Shown here piece by piece: positions 29,552 through 37,877 of a stretch of 64,000 nucleotides of DNA (within the stretch, counting starts at the first letter, position 1; every line of letters begins with the position of its first letter). The position numbers and the translations under genes are program-made. The stretch is taken from assembly GCA_934456295.1 (NCBI GenBank), contig CAKSHB010000002.1:12513-76512 (forward strand), in the 5' to 3' direction. The DNA is from an uncultured Clostridia bacterium. GTDB taxonomy: Bacteria; Bacillota; Clostridia; UBA1381; UMGS1253. The notes under the pieces were generated by a model. It worked only from the letters and a program-made list of their open reading frames with translations, searched no databases and was not told where the DNA came from.

Positions 29552-29974
29552 ATGGATAATATAATAAAACTTCATTTTGATGTTGCCGGAGGAGATTTTG
29601 TGGAAGCGGGAACAGCGTCCGGCAATGTAAAAAAGGTTTTAAATCAGATAGGAATATCACCGGCAGCAATAAGAAGAGCAGCCATAGCGATGTATGAAGG
29701 GGAAATCAATATGGTTATACATGCTGACGGAGGGACGGCAGATGTGGAGGTTACGCCGGAGAAAATTAAAATAATATTAAGCGATAACGGACCGGGAATA
29801 AAAGATATTTCTATGGCGATGAGGGAAGGCTTTTCTACGGCATCGCAGGAGGCGCGCGATATGGGCTTCGGAGCCGGAATGGGGCTGCCGAACATGAAAA
29901 GATATACAGATACGATGGATATAAAAAGTGAGATAGGAGTCGGAACCACGGTTGAAATGACGATTAATCTGTAA
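29552..29974 (+). CDS. GHKL-type ATPase, SpoIIAB/RsbW-size (anti-sigma-factor-like Ser kinase)
   Basis: 140 aa with N-box (EGEINMVIH), G1 (DNGPGI) and G2 (GFGAGMGLPN). No DHp/His domain. Confidence 0.75.
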   Translation: MDNIIKLHFDVAGGDFVEAGTASGNVKKVLNQIGISPAAIRRAAIAMYEGEINMVIHADGGTADVEVTPEKIKIILSDNGPGIKDISMAMREGFSTASQEARDMGFGAGMGLPNMKRYTDTMDIKSEIGVGTTVEMTINL

Positions 29975-30042
29975 TATGAGCTGTGTGTGCAGTGTTTTTT
30001 TATGTGTATTTACATTAAAAACAAAGGCGGTGACGGGTAATA

Positions 30043-31356
30043 TTGGAAAAGACATATTTTCATTCTGTAACGCTTGATAAAGATAAATGCATGGGTTGTA
30101 CAAACTGTCTGAAACGCTGTCCGACTGAGGCAATACGTGTGCGCAGCGGCAAAGCTCGGATTATAAAAGAAAGGTGCATTGACTGCGGAGAATGTATACG
30201 GGTCTGTCCGTATCATGCAAAAAAAGCTGTCACAGACCCTTTTGCAAAAACGGAAGAATATAAATATAAAATTGCGCTTCCGGCACCGAGTTTGTACGGA
30301 CAGTTTAATCAGCTTGATGATATAAACATAGTATTAAACGGATTGAAGAAAATAGGATTTGACGATGTGTATGAAGTCGCACGTGCGGCAGAAATTGTCA
30401 CAATTGCTTCAAAGGATTTTATTTTTAAAAAAAAGCTTCAGTATCCGATAATTTCGTCGGCATGTCCTGCCGTTGTGAGGCTGATACGTGTCAGATTTCC
30501 GAATTTGATAAAAAATCTGCTGCCGGTGCTTTCTCCGATGGAAGTTGCGGCAAAGCTTGCAAAAAAAGAGGCACAGAAGAAAACAGGACTTTCTCTTGAT
30601 GAAATAGGAGCATTTTTTATAACACCGTGTGCGGCGAAAATGACTGTCATAAAAGACCCGCTCGGTCAGGAAAAATCATATGTTGACGGTGCGATATCCA
30701 TGTCGGATATATATATGCGGCTTGTCAGTGCGATGAGCAAGGTTGATAATCCCGAAAACCTTGTGCGCTCGGGGCTTAAGGGCGTAGGCTGGGCGAGCAG
30801 CGGCGGTGAGGCATACGCTTTGGGAAAAGATGAGTACATAGCGGTAGACGGTATCGATAATGTTATAAAAGTGTTTGAGGGGCTTGAGGACGAACAGTTT
30901 CATAATATAAAATTTATTGAGGCGGGCGCATGCGTCGGGGGCTGTGTCGGAGGTCCGCTGGCTGTTGAGAACGGATTTGTTGCGGAAACAAAAATTAAGC
31001 TTCTTACAAAAATGCTTACCAGTTATGAGATGGAAAAAGCGTTTCCTTGTATAGATATGGAGGATGTAAGTTTTACTAAAGATATAGAGTATATTCCGGT
31101 AATGAAGCTTGACAGCGATATTTCGGAGGCAATGAAAAAGATGGAACGGCTTGAAAGAATATATAATTCAATGCCGAAAATAGATTGCGGCAGCTGCGGA
31201 GCGCCGTCATGCCGTGCACTTGCCGAAGATATTGTGCGCGGCTTCGGAAAAGAGATGGACTGTGTGCATAAATTGCGTGAACGAGTGTTTTCACTGGCAA
31301 AAGAAATGGTTGAAATACAGGAAAATATAACATTGTCCGAAAAAGGCGGCAAATAA
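30043..31356 (+). CDS. HydS-like [FeFe]-hydrogenase-domain protein without PAS/output domain
   Basis: Two 4Fe-4S motifs; H-cluster-domain motifs SSACPAV, TPCAAK and EAGACVGGCVGG; and a C-terminal Cx2Cx4Cx16C (CGSCGAPSC...C). TTG start. Confidence 0.8.
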   Translation: MEKTYFHSVTLDKDKCMGCTNCLKRCPTEAIRVRSGKARIIKERCIDCGECIRVCPYHAKKAVTDPFAKTEEYKYKIALPAPSLYGQFNQLDDINIVLNGLKKIGFDDVYEVARAAEIVTIASKDFIFKKKLQYPIISSACPAVVRLIRVRFPNLIKNLLPVLSPMEVAAKLAKKEAQKKTGLSLDEIGAFFITPCAAKMTVIKDPLGQEKSYVDGAISMSDIYMRLVSAMSKVDNPENLVRSGLKGVGWASSGGEAYALGKDEYIAVDGIDNVIKVFEGLEDEQFHNIKFIEAGACVGGCVGGPLAVENGFVAETKIKLLTKMLTSYEMEKAFPCIDMEDVSFTKDIEYIPVMKLDSDISEAMKKMERLERIYNSMPKIDCGSCGAPSCRALAEDIVRGFGKEMDCVHKLRERVFSLAKEMVEIQENITLSEKGGK

Positions 31357-31373
31357 GAAAAAGGGGTGGAAAT

Positions 31374-31700
31374 ATGACGGCGAAACAGCTTGCAAAGGAG
31401 CTTGAACTGACCGCACTTACAGACTGCGGCGATGATAAAGAAGTTGACGGCTGTTATATATGTGATTTGCTGAGTTATGTAATGAGTCATGCATCAAAGG
31501 GGAATGTGTGGATTACCGTGCAAACAAATATAAACGTTGTTGCCGTGGCTTCTCTGACGGAGGTCAGCTGTGTTATAATCCCCGAAAATATTGTAGTTGA
31601 GGATATCACGCTGAAGAAGGCTGCTGCTGAAAATATCACATTCTTTTCTTCGCAGCATACAGCATATGAGCTTGCCGGAAAGCTTTCGGAAATTATTTAA
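31374..31700 (+). CDS. DRTGG domain protein (second copy)
   Basis: 108 aa with the same domain layout as 29187-29537. GGGGTGG RBS. Confidence 0.6.
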   Translation: MTAKQLAKELELTALTDCGDDKEVDGCYICDLLSYVMSHASKGNVWITVQTNINVVAVASLTEVSCVIIPENIVVEDITLKKAAAENITFFSSQHTAYELAGKLSEII

Positions 31701-31720
31701 ACAGCGGGGAAGGTTTAAAT

Positions 31721-32446
31721 ATGAGATATTATTATGACTTCCACATACATTCATGTCTTTCGCCGTGCGGCGATGATGATATGACACCGAATAACATAGT
31801 AAACATGTCAATCTTGAAAGGGCTTGATATAATTGCCCTGACAGATCATAACTGCGCTGCAAATATTCCGGCTGTTTTAAAATGTGCCAAAGGCAGAATT
31901 ACTGTTTTATGCGGCATGGAAATTGAGAGCTGCGAAGAAGTTCATATGATATGTCTTTTTGACGAATGGAATAAATGCAGAAAGATGTGGGAGATTGTTC
32001 ATGCCGAGATGAATCCAATAAAAAATGATGCTGAAATTTTCGGCGAGCAGCTGATAATGAATGAAAATGATGAGATATCGGGAAAGATAGATAATTTGCT
32101 GGTTACCGCAACGCGCATGTCGGTATATGATATATGCAGAAGAGTACATGAAATGGGCGGAGTGTGCATAGCGGCACATGTGGATAAAAGCTCGTACAGT
32201 ATTTTATCGAACTTAGGTTTTATTCCCGATGACCTGAACATAGACTGTATTGAGATATCGCGCAGAGGAGATTGCGATAGCTTGTTTTCATCGAACGAAT
32301 ATCTGAAAAAATACATGGCTTTGTTCTCATCGGATGCACATTATTTGGAGGATATTTCAGAGAGAGAAAATTTTATGGAGATCGACGAAAATGTACATTT
32401 GAGCGCAAAATCGGTAGTTGAATTTCTCAAAAGAGAAAAACAATGA
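31721..32446 (+). CDS. PHP-domain phosphoesterase
   Basis: N-terminal YDFHIHSCLSPCGD, LTDHN and C-terminal SDAH metal-binding motifs typical of PHP. Confidence 0.8.
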   Translation: MRYYYDFHIHSCLSPCGDDDMTPNNIVNMSILKGLDIIALTDHNCAANIPAVLKCAKGRITVLCGMEIESCEEVHMICLFDEWNKCRKMWEIVHAEMNPIKNDAEIFGEQLIMNENDEISGKIDNLLVTATRMSVYDICRRVHEMGGVCIAAHVDKSSYSILSNLGFIPDDLNIDCIEISRRGDCDSLFSSNEYLKKYMALFSSDAHYLEDISERENFMEIDENVHLSAKSVVEFLKREKQ

Positions 32447-32514
32447 AAAAATATAAAAAACGAAAAAATTTTTTGAAAAAATTTGAGAAAATTGTAGATT
32501 TTTATAAATTAAAG

Positions 32515-32523
32515 TGATACAAT
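32515..32523 (+). promoter_or_regulatory. candidate extended -10 element (TGATACAAT) upstream of hydC
   Basis: TGnTACAAT preceded by phased A-tracts (GAAAAAATT x2 and GAGAAAATT, 32462-32493). No good -35. Confidence 0.35.
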
Positions 32524-32548
32524 ATTACCCGATGTGTTATTAAAATGA

Positions 32549-32566
32549 TTGTTAAATTTGTAACAA
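32549..32566. promoter_or_regulatory. candidate Rex (redox-sensing repressor) operator
   Basis: TTGTTAA-ATTT-GTAACAA has 1 mismatch to the clostridial Rex consensus TTGTTAAnnnnTTAACAA. It lies 86 nt upstream of the hydC start. Confidence 0.55.
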
Positions 32567-32577
32567 TGTGACAGCGT

Positions 32578-32598
32578 ATGATATTAATATGATATTAA
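32578..32598 (+). repeat. tandem 10-nt direct repeat ATGATATTAA-T-ATGATATTAA in hydC leader
   Basis: Read directly from the sequence. Each copy resembles an extended -10 (TGATATTAA). Confidence 0.6.
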
Positions 32599-32651
32599 AC
32601 CGTATGTACTACTTTTGCGGTTAAAATATAAATAACGTAGGAGGACCTAAA

Positions 32652-33140
32652 ATGAGTGAGAAAAAAGCAAGTACCTTTAAGGGTACAAAGCAGCAGGAGG
32701 AGCAGCTTTTGCAGGTTATTGAAAACCACAAAGGTCAGCCGGGAGCACTGATGCCGATACTTCAGGAGGCTCAGGAAATTTACGGTTATCTTCCGCTTGA
32801 AGTGCAGCAGATTATTGCTGAGAAAACAGGCATTACAATGGCTGAAATTTACGGTGTTGTAACATTTTACGCACAGTTTTCGCTTTATCCGAAGGGCGAG
32901 TACAAAATTGCAGTCTGTCTTGGTACGGCATGCTATGTAAAGGGTTCGGGAGATATTCTCGAGCGCATTAAGCAGCGCCTTGGGGTTGAAGTCGGACAGT
33001 GCAGTGCCGACGGAAAGTATTCACTTGACGCAACAAGATGTATCGGCGCATGCGGACTTGCTCCGGTATTGACTGTAAACGATGAGGTTTACGGCAGACT
33101 TACCGTAGATGATGTAGACGGTATTCTGGCGAAATATTGA
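32652..33140 (+). CDS. hydC: NuoE-like [2Fe-2S] subunit of NAD(P)-linked/bifurcating [FeFe]-hydrogenase (HydC/HndA)
   Basis: LPILQEAQ...GYL, CLGTACYVKGS and CIGACGLAP motifs. AGGAGG RBS. Confidence 0.9.
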   Translation: MSEKKASTFKGTKQQEEQLLQVIENHKGQPGALMPILQEAQEIYGYLPLEVQQIIAEKTGITMAEIYGVVTFYAQFSLYPKGEYKIAVCLGTACYVKGSGDILERIKQRLGVEVGQCSADGKYSLDATRCIGACGLAPVLTVNDEVYGRLTVDDVDGILAKY

Positions 33141-33144
33141 TACC

Positions 33145-33693
33145 ATGCAGGAATTATCGCTGCATATACTTGACATAGCTCAGAATTCGGTCGCGGCAAA
33201 AGCATCGCTGATAGAAATTGTTATTGATGAAAATGAGGCAAATGATACTCTCGATATAACAATCAGGGATAACGGCTGCGGAATGGACGAGGAAAAAGTA
33301 AAGAAAGTGCTTGACCCGTTTTATACAACAAGAACGACAAGAAAAGTCGGGCTTGGAGTACCGATGTATCGCGAGGCGGCGGTTTCGACAGGCGGAGATT
33401 TCAGGATTGAGAGCGTTGTCGGGGAAGGCACGGCGGTGTTTGCGCGTTTTGGTTATTCGCATATAGACAGACAGCCTATGGGCGATATCGGCAGTGTTAT
33501 ACATATTTTGATAACGGGAAATCCCGATATCGATTTTGTGTACAGGCATACGGTAAACGGCAGACAATTTGAGCTTGATACCCGCGAAATAAAAAAAATT
33601 CTCGGCGGTGTTCAGGTTTCCGATATGAGCGTCGGTATATGGCTTAAAGAATATATCAGTGAAGGAATTTCAAATTTATACGGAGGTGTTTAG
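33145..33693 (+). CDS. GHKL/histidine-kinase-like ATPase domain protein embedded in the hydrogenase operon
   Basis: N-box (LDIAQNS), G1 (DNGCGM) and G2 (GLGVPM). No DHp or phospho-acceptor His domain. Confidence 0.75.
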   Translation: MQELSLHILDIAQNSVAAKASLIEIVIDENEANDTLDITIRDNGCGMDEEKVKKVLDPFYTTRTTRKVGLGVPMYREAAVSTGGDFRIESVVGEGTAVFARFGYSHIDRQPMGDIGSVIHILITGNPDIDFVYRHTVNGRQFELDTREIKKILGGVQVSDMSVGIWLKEYISEGISNLYGGV

Positions 33694-33696
33694 ATA

Positions 33697-34068
33697 ATGA
33701 AATCATTGGAGGAATTGGCGGCTATAAGAGAAAAGGCTTTGAGCAGTATCCATATGCGCCATGACAGAATGGACGGCATAAGAATTGTTGTCGGCATGGC
33801 AACATGCGGTATAGCAGCAGGTGCACGTCCCGTACTCAATGCATTTGTTGAGGAGGTTGGCAAAAGAAAGCTTACAGATGTTGTGGTTACACAAACAGGC
33901 TGCATAGGTATGTGCCGTCTTGAGCCTATCGTTGAGGTTTACATGCCCGGCAAAGAAAAGGTTACATATGTAAAGCTTGATGCTGATAAAGCACGTAAGA
34001 TTGTTTCTGACCATATTGTGAACGGCAAGATTTGTACAGAGTATACAATCGGTGAGGCTGACAAGTAA
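33697..34068 (+). CDS. thioredoxin-like [2Fe-2S] ferredoxin (HndB/HydD-like)
   Basis: 123 aa with the MATCGIAAGA ... GCIGMCRLEP pattern. GGAGG RBS. Confidence 0.8.
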   Translation: MKSLEELAAIREKALSSIHMRHDRMDGIRIVVGMATCGIAAGARPVLNAFVEEVGKRKLTDVVVTQTGCIGMCRLEPIVEVYMPGKEKVTYVKLDADKARKIVSDHIVNGKICTEYTIGEADK

Positions 34069-34126
34069 TATAAAAACAAGATATTATTCAAAAGCGTTTA
34101 AATAAAACAGAGGAGGACACAGAAAT

Positions 34127-35920
34127 ATGGATTTGTATAGAAGCCATGTGTTGGTCTGCGGCGGTACCGGTTGTACTTCGTCGGGTTCTGCAAAAATTAT
34201 AGAAGAACTTAAGACACAGCTTAAGGCACAGGGAATTGATAAAGAGGTTATGGTTGTAAAGACCGGCTGTTTCGGTCTTTGCGCATTGGGTCCGATTATG
34301 GTCGTATATCCCGAAGGCGCATTTTACAGCATGGTGCAGCCCGAAGATGTAAAGGAAATCGTTGAAGAGCACCTTGTAAAGGGCAGAATTGTAAAAAGAC
34401 TGCTTTATTCGGAAACAGTGCATGAAGATGACAACATAAAGTCTTTAAATGAGGTTGATTTTTACAAAAAGCAGATGCGTATAGCGCTGCGTAACTGCGG
34501 TGTAATCAATCCCGAGAAGATTGAAGAGTACATAGCATTTGACGGATATAAAGCACTCGGCAAGGTGCTTACGGAAATGACACCCGAGCAGCTTATTGCA
34601 GAGATGAAGGCTTCGGGACTTCGCGGCCGCGGCGGCGCAGGTTTCCCGACAGGCGTAAAGTGGGAGTTTGCATCAAAATCGGTTTCGGATCAGAAATATG
34701 TCTGTTGTAACGCCGACGAAGGCGACCCCGGCGCATTCATGGACAGAAGCGTACTTGAGGGCGACCCGCACTCGGTAATTGAGGCTATGGCAATCGCAGG
34801 TTATGCAATCGGCGCAAACCAAGGCTATATTTATATCAGAGCTGAGTACCCGATTGCTGTTGAAAGACTCAGAATTGCAATCGGACAGGCTCGCGAATAC
34901 GGCTTGCTCGGTAAAAATATTTTCGGAACAGACTTTGACTTTGACCTTGACATAAGACTTGGCGCCGGCGCATTTGTGTGCGGCGAGGAAACGGCTCTTA
35001 TGACATCTATCGAAGGCAAGCGCGGTGAGCCGAGATGCCGTCCGCCTTTCCCGGCAGTAAAAGGACTTTTCGGTCAGCCTACTGTTCTTAACAATGTTGA
35101 AACATATGCAAACATTCCGGTTATTATCAATAAGGGTGCTGAATGGTTTGCATCAATCGGCACAGAAAAGAGCCATGGTACAAAGGTATTTGCACTTGGC
35201 GGAAAAATTAACAATACAGGCCTTGTTGAGGTTCCCATGGGAACAACGCTGCGTGAAATCGTTGAGGAAATCGGCGGCGGTATTCCGAACGGCAAGAAGT
35301 TCAAGGCTGCACAGACAGGTGGACCTTCGGGCGGATGTATTCCGGCATCACTTATTGATACACCGATTGATTATGACTCACTCATAAGCATCGGTTCAAT
35401 GATGGGCTCGGGCGGACTTATTGTTATGGACGAAAATACATGTATGGTTGATATTGCAAAGTTCTTCCTTGAGTTTACGGTTGATGAGTCGTGCGGAAAA
35501 TGCGCACCGTGCAGAATTGGAACAAAGAGAATGCTTGAAATTCTCGAAAAAATAACAAGAGGCACAGGAACGCTTGAAGATATAGACAGACTTGAAACTT
35601 TGTGCAACAATGTTAAGCAGTCGGCTCTGTGCGGTCTCGGACAGACGGCGCCCAATCCTATTTTAAGCACACTGCGTTACTTCAGAGATGAATATATTGC
35701 TCACGTTGTTGACAAAAAATGTCCTGCCGGCGTATGCAAACACCTTCTCAGCTACAGCATAGACCCCGAGAAGTGCAGAGGCTGCGGACTTTGCGCAAAA
35801 CAGTGCCCTGTTGAAGCAATCAGCGGCGAAATTAAGTCGCCGTTCAGCATTAATACAACAAAATGTATTAAGTGCGGCGCTTGTGAGAGCAAATGTCCGT
35901 TTAAGGCAATTTCTAAATAA
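34127..35920 (+). CDS. hydB: NuoF-like FMN/NAD(P)H-binding subunit (HydB/HndC)
   Basis: N-terminal Trx-like 2Fe-2S, GRGGAGFPTG (FMN), ESCGKCAPCR (N3-type cluster) and two C-terminal 4Fe-4S motifs. Confidence 0.93.
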   Translation: MDLYRSHVLVCGGTGCTSSGSAKIIEELKTQLKAQGIDKEVMVVKTGCFGLCALGPIMVVYPEGAFYSMVQPEDVKEIVEEHLVKGRIVKRLLYSETVHEDDNIKSLNEVDFYKKQMRIALRNCGVINPEKIEEYIAFDGYKALGKVLTEMTPEQLIAEMKASGLRGRGGAGFPTGVKWEFASKSVSDQKYVCCNADEGDPGAFMDRSVLEGDPHSVIEAMAIAGYAIGANQGYIYIRAEYPIAVERLRIAIGQAREYGLLGKNIFGTDFDFDLDIRLGAGAFVCGEETALMTSIEGKRGEPRCRPPFPAVKGLFGQPTVLNNVETYANIPVIINKGAEWFASIGTEKSHGTKVFALGGKINNTGLVEVPMGTTLREIVEEIGGGIPNGKKFKAAQTGGPSGGCIPASLIDTPIDYDSLISIGSMMGSGGLIVMDENTCMVDIAKFFLEFTVDESCGKCAPCRIGTKRMLEILEKITRGTGTLEDIDRLETLCNNVKQSALCGLGQTAPNPILSTLRYFRDEYIAHVVDKKCPAGVCKHLLSYSIDPEKCRGCGLCAKQCPVEAISGEIKSPFSINTTKCIKCGACESKCPFKAISK

Positions 35921-35944
35921 AACGTCGGAAGGGAGAAAAGATAA

Positions 35945-37690
35945 ATGGAAATGGTTAATATTAAAATTAACGGCTTAGATGTAAGCGCGCCCAAAGGTTC
36001 TACAATACTTGAAGCCGCACGTCTTGCCAATATAGATATACCCACGCTCTGCTATCTGAAAGATGTAAACCAAATCGGTTCGTGCAGAATGTGCGTAGTT
36101 GAAATAAAAGGCGCAAGAAGCCTTCAGGCTGCTTGTGTTTACCCCATAAACGAGGGTATGGAAATATTTACAAATTCACCGGTTGTTCGTTCGGCAAGAA
36201 AGACAACACTGGAGCTTATACTTTCAAATCACGATAAAAAGTGTCTGACATGCGTACGAAACAGAAATTGTGAACTTCAGAAGCTTTCGGACGAACTTGG
36301 TATCACGGAACTGCCGTATGAACCTGTTCATGAGGAGGAAAAGGCTGCAATTGACGATTTGTCACCGTCAATCGTTCGCGATAACAATAAATGTATTCTT
36401 TGCCGCCGCTGCGTAAGCGTATGTAAGAACATACAGACAGTCGGCGTTATCGATGCAAAGGAAAGAGGTATTGCGACAAATATCGGATGTGCATTTGATA
36501 AATCACTCAGCGAGGTTGCATGTGTAAACTGCGGTCAGTGTATAACGGCATGTCCTGTCGGTGCTCTGACAGAAAAGGACGATACGAAAAAAGTTTGGGA
36601 AGCAATCCATGATGACGACAAGTATGTTGTTGTTCAGACTGCGCCTGCTGTAAGAGCGGCTCTCGGCGAAGAATTCGGCATTGAGATGGGCAAGGCTGTA
36701 ACGGGCAAAATGGTTGCGGCGCTTCGCAGACTTGGTTTCAACAAAGTATTTGATACAGATACAGGTGCCGACCTTACAATCATGGAAGAAGGCACAGAGG
36801 TAATTGACAGAATTACAAACGGCGGAAAGCTGCCTGTAATTACATCATGCAGCCCTGGCTGGGTAAAATTCTGTGAGCATAATTATCCCGAGTTTTTGGA
36901 CAATCTTTCAACGGCAAAATCGCCTCATGAGATGTTTGGCGCTGTTATAAAGACATATTACGCAGAAAAACAGGGTATTGACCCCAAGAGCATTGTAAAT
37001 GTATCGGTTATGCCGTGTACGGCAAAGAAGTTTGAGGCTGCAAGAGAGGAGCTTGCCAACGGTGAACTGCGCGATGTAGATGTTGTAATCACAACGCGCG
37101 AACTTGCAAGAATGATTAAAGAAGCAGGTATTGATTTTGCGGCTTTGCCTGATGAGGAGTTTGAAAATCCGTTCGGTGCAGCTACGGGCGCAGGCGTAAT
37201 TTTTGGCGCTACAGGCGGCGTTATGGAGGCTGCTCTGCGTACAGTTGCGGAGATTTTGTCCGGAGAAACTGTTCCCGAGGACAGCTACAGTGTTGTTCGC
37301 GGAACCGATGGCATAAAGCGTGCTGAGGTTGAAATTGCAGGCAAAAAGATAAAGGCTGCCGTTGCACATGGTCTCGGCAATGCAAGAAAGCTTCTTGACG
37401 CCATAAAAGCAGGCGAGGAGAGCTATGATTTTGTTGAGATAATGGCTTGTCCCGGTGGCTGTGTAACCGGCGGCGGTCAGCCTATCGTTTCGGCAAAAAC
37501 GCAGATGGATATTGATGTAAAGGCTACACGTGCAAAGGCGCTTTATGACGAGGATAAGTCGCTTCCGCTCAGAAAGTCGCATGAAAACCCCGTTATCAAA
37601 ACTCTGTATGATGAGTATTTTGAAAAGCCCGGTTCGCATAAGGCACATGAGCTTTTGCACACACATTACCATAAGAGAAATTTGTATTAA
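35945..37690 (+). CDS. hydA: [FeFe]-hydrogenase catalytic subunit, multimeric NAD(P)-linked type (HydA/HndD, group A3-like)
   Basis: N-terminal 2Fe-2S, His-ligated 4Fe-4S and 2x[4Fe-4S]. H-cluster motifs are MPCTAKKFE and EIMACPGGCVTGGG, but L1 reads TSCSPGW (see findings). Confidence 0.93.
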   Translation: MEMVNIKINGLDVSAPKGSTILEAARLANIDIPTLCYLKDVNQIGSCRMCVVEIKGARSLQAACVYPINEGMEIFTNSPVVRSARKTTLELILSNHDKKCLTCVRNRNCELQKLSDELGITELPYEPVHEEEKAAIDDLSPSIVRDNNKCILCRRCVSVCKNIQTVGVIDAKERGIATNIGCAFDKSLSEVACVNCGQCITACPVGALTEKDDTKKVWEAIHDDDKYVVVQTAPAVRAALGEEFGIEMGKAVTGKMVAALRRLGFNKVFDTDTGADLTIMEEGTEVIDRITNGGKLPVITSCSPGWVKFCEHNYPEFLDNLSTAKSPHEMFGAVIKTYYAEKQGIDPKSIVNVSVMPCTAKKFEAAREELANGELRDVDVVITTRELARMIKEAGIDFAALPDEEFENPFGAATGAGVIFGATGGVMEAALRTVAEILSGETVPEDSYSVVRGTDGIKRAEVEIAGKKIKAAVAHGLGNARKLLDAIKAGEESYDFVEIMACPGGCVTGGGQPIVSAKTQMDIDVKATRAKALYDEDKSLPLRKSHENPVIKTLYDEYFEKPGSHKAHELLHTHYHKRNLY

Positions 37691-37711
37691 TTTTTGTATA
37701 AAAAGATGTAT

Positions 37712-37742
37712 GAGAGGCGGAATAAAAACCGTCTCTCTTTTT
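37712..37742 (+). terminator. rho-independent terminator after hydA
   Basis: GAGAGGCGG/CCGTCTCTC 9-bp stem (one G-U) followed by TTTTT. Confidence 0.7.
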
Positions 37743-37877
37743 ATATTAGAATGATAAATAAATTCGGCAATTATAAAAAATATTGGGCACACCCCTTTTA
37801 TTTTTTGCTGAAATGATGTATTATATATATAGTCTGCATTGATGCGGATGATTGAACCGAGGGAGGAAAAGACGAAA

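Noticed and set aside
32462-32493. Phased A-tracts (GAAAAAATT, GAAAAAATT, GAGAAAATT) and an AAAAAATTTTTT palindrome upstream of hydC.
   Set aside because: This is probably just an UP-element-like or intrinsically bent AT-rich promoter-upstream region, not a distinct element.
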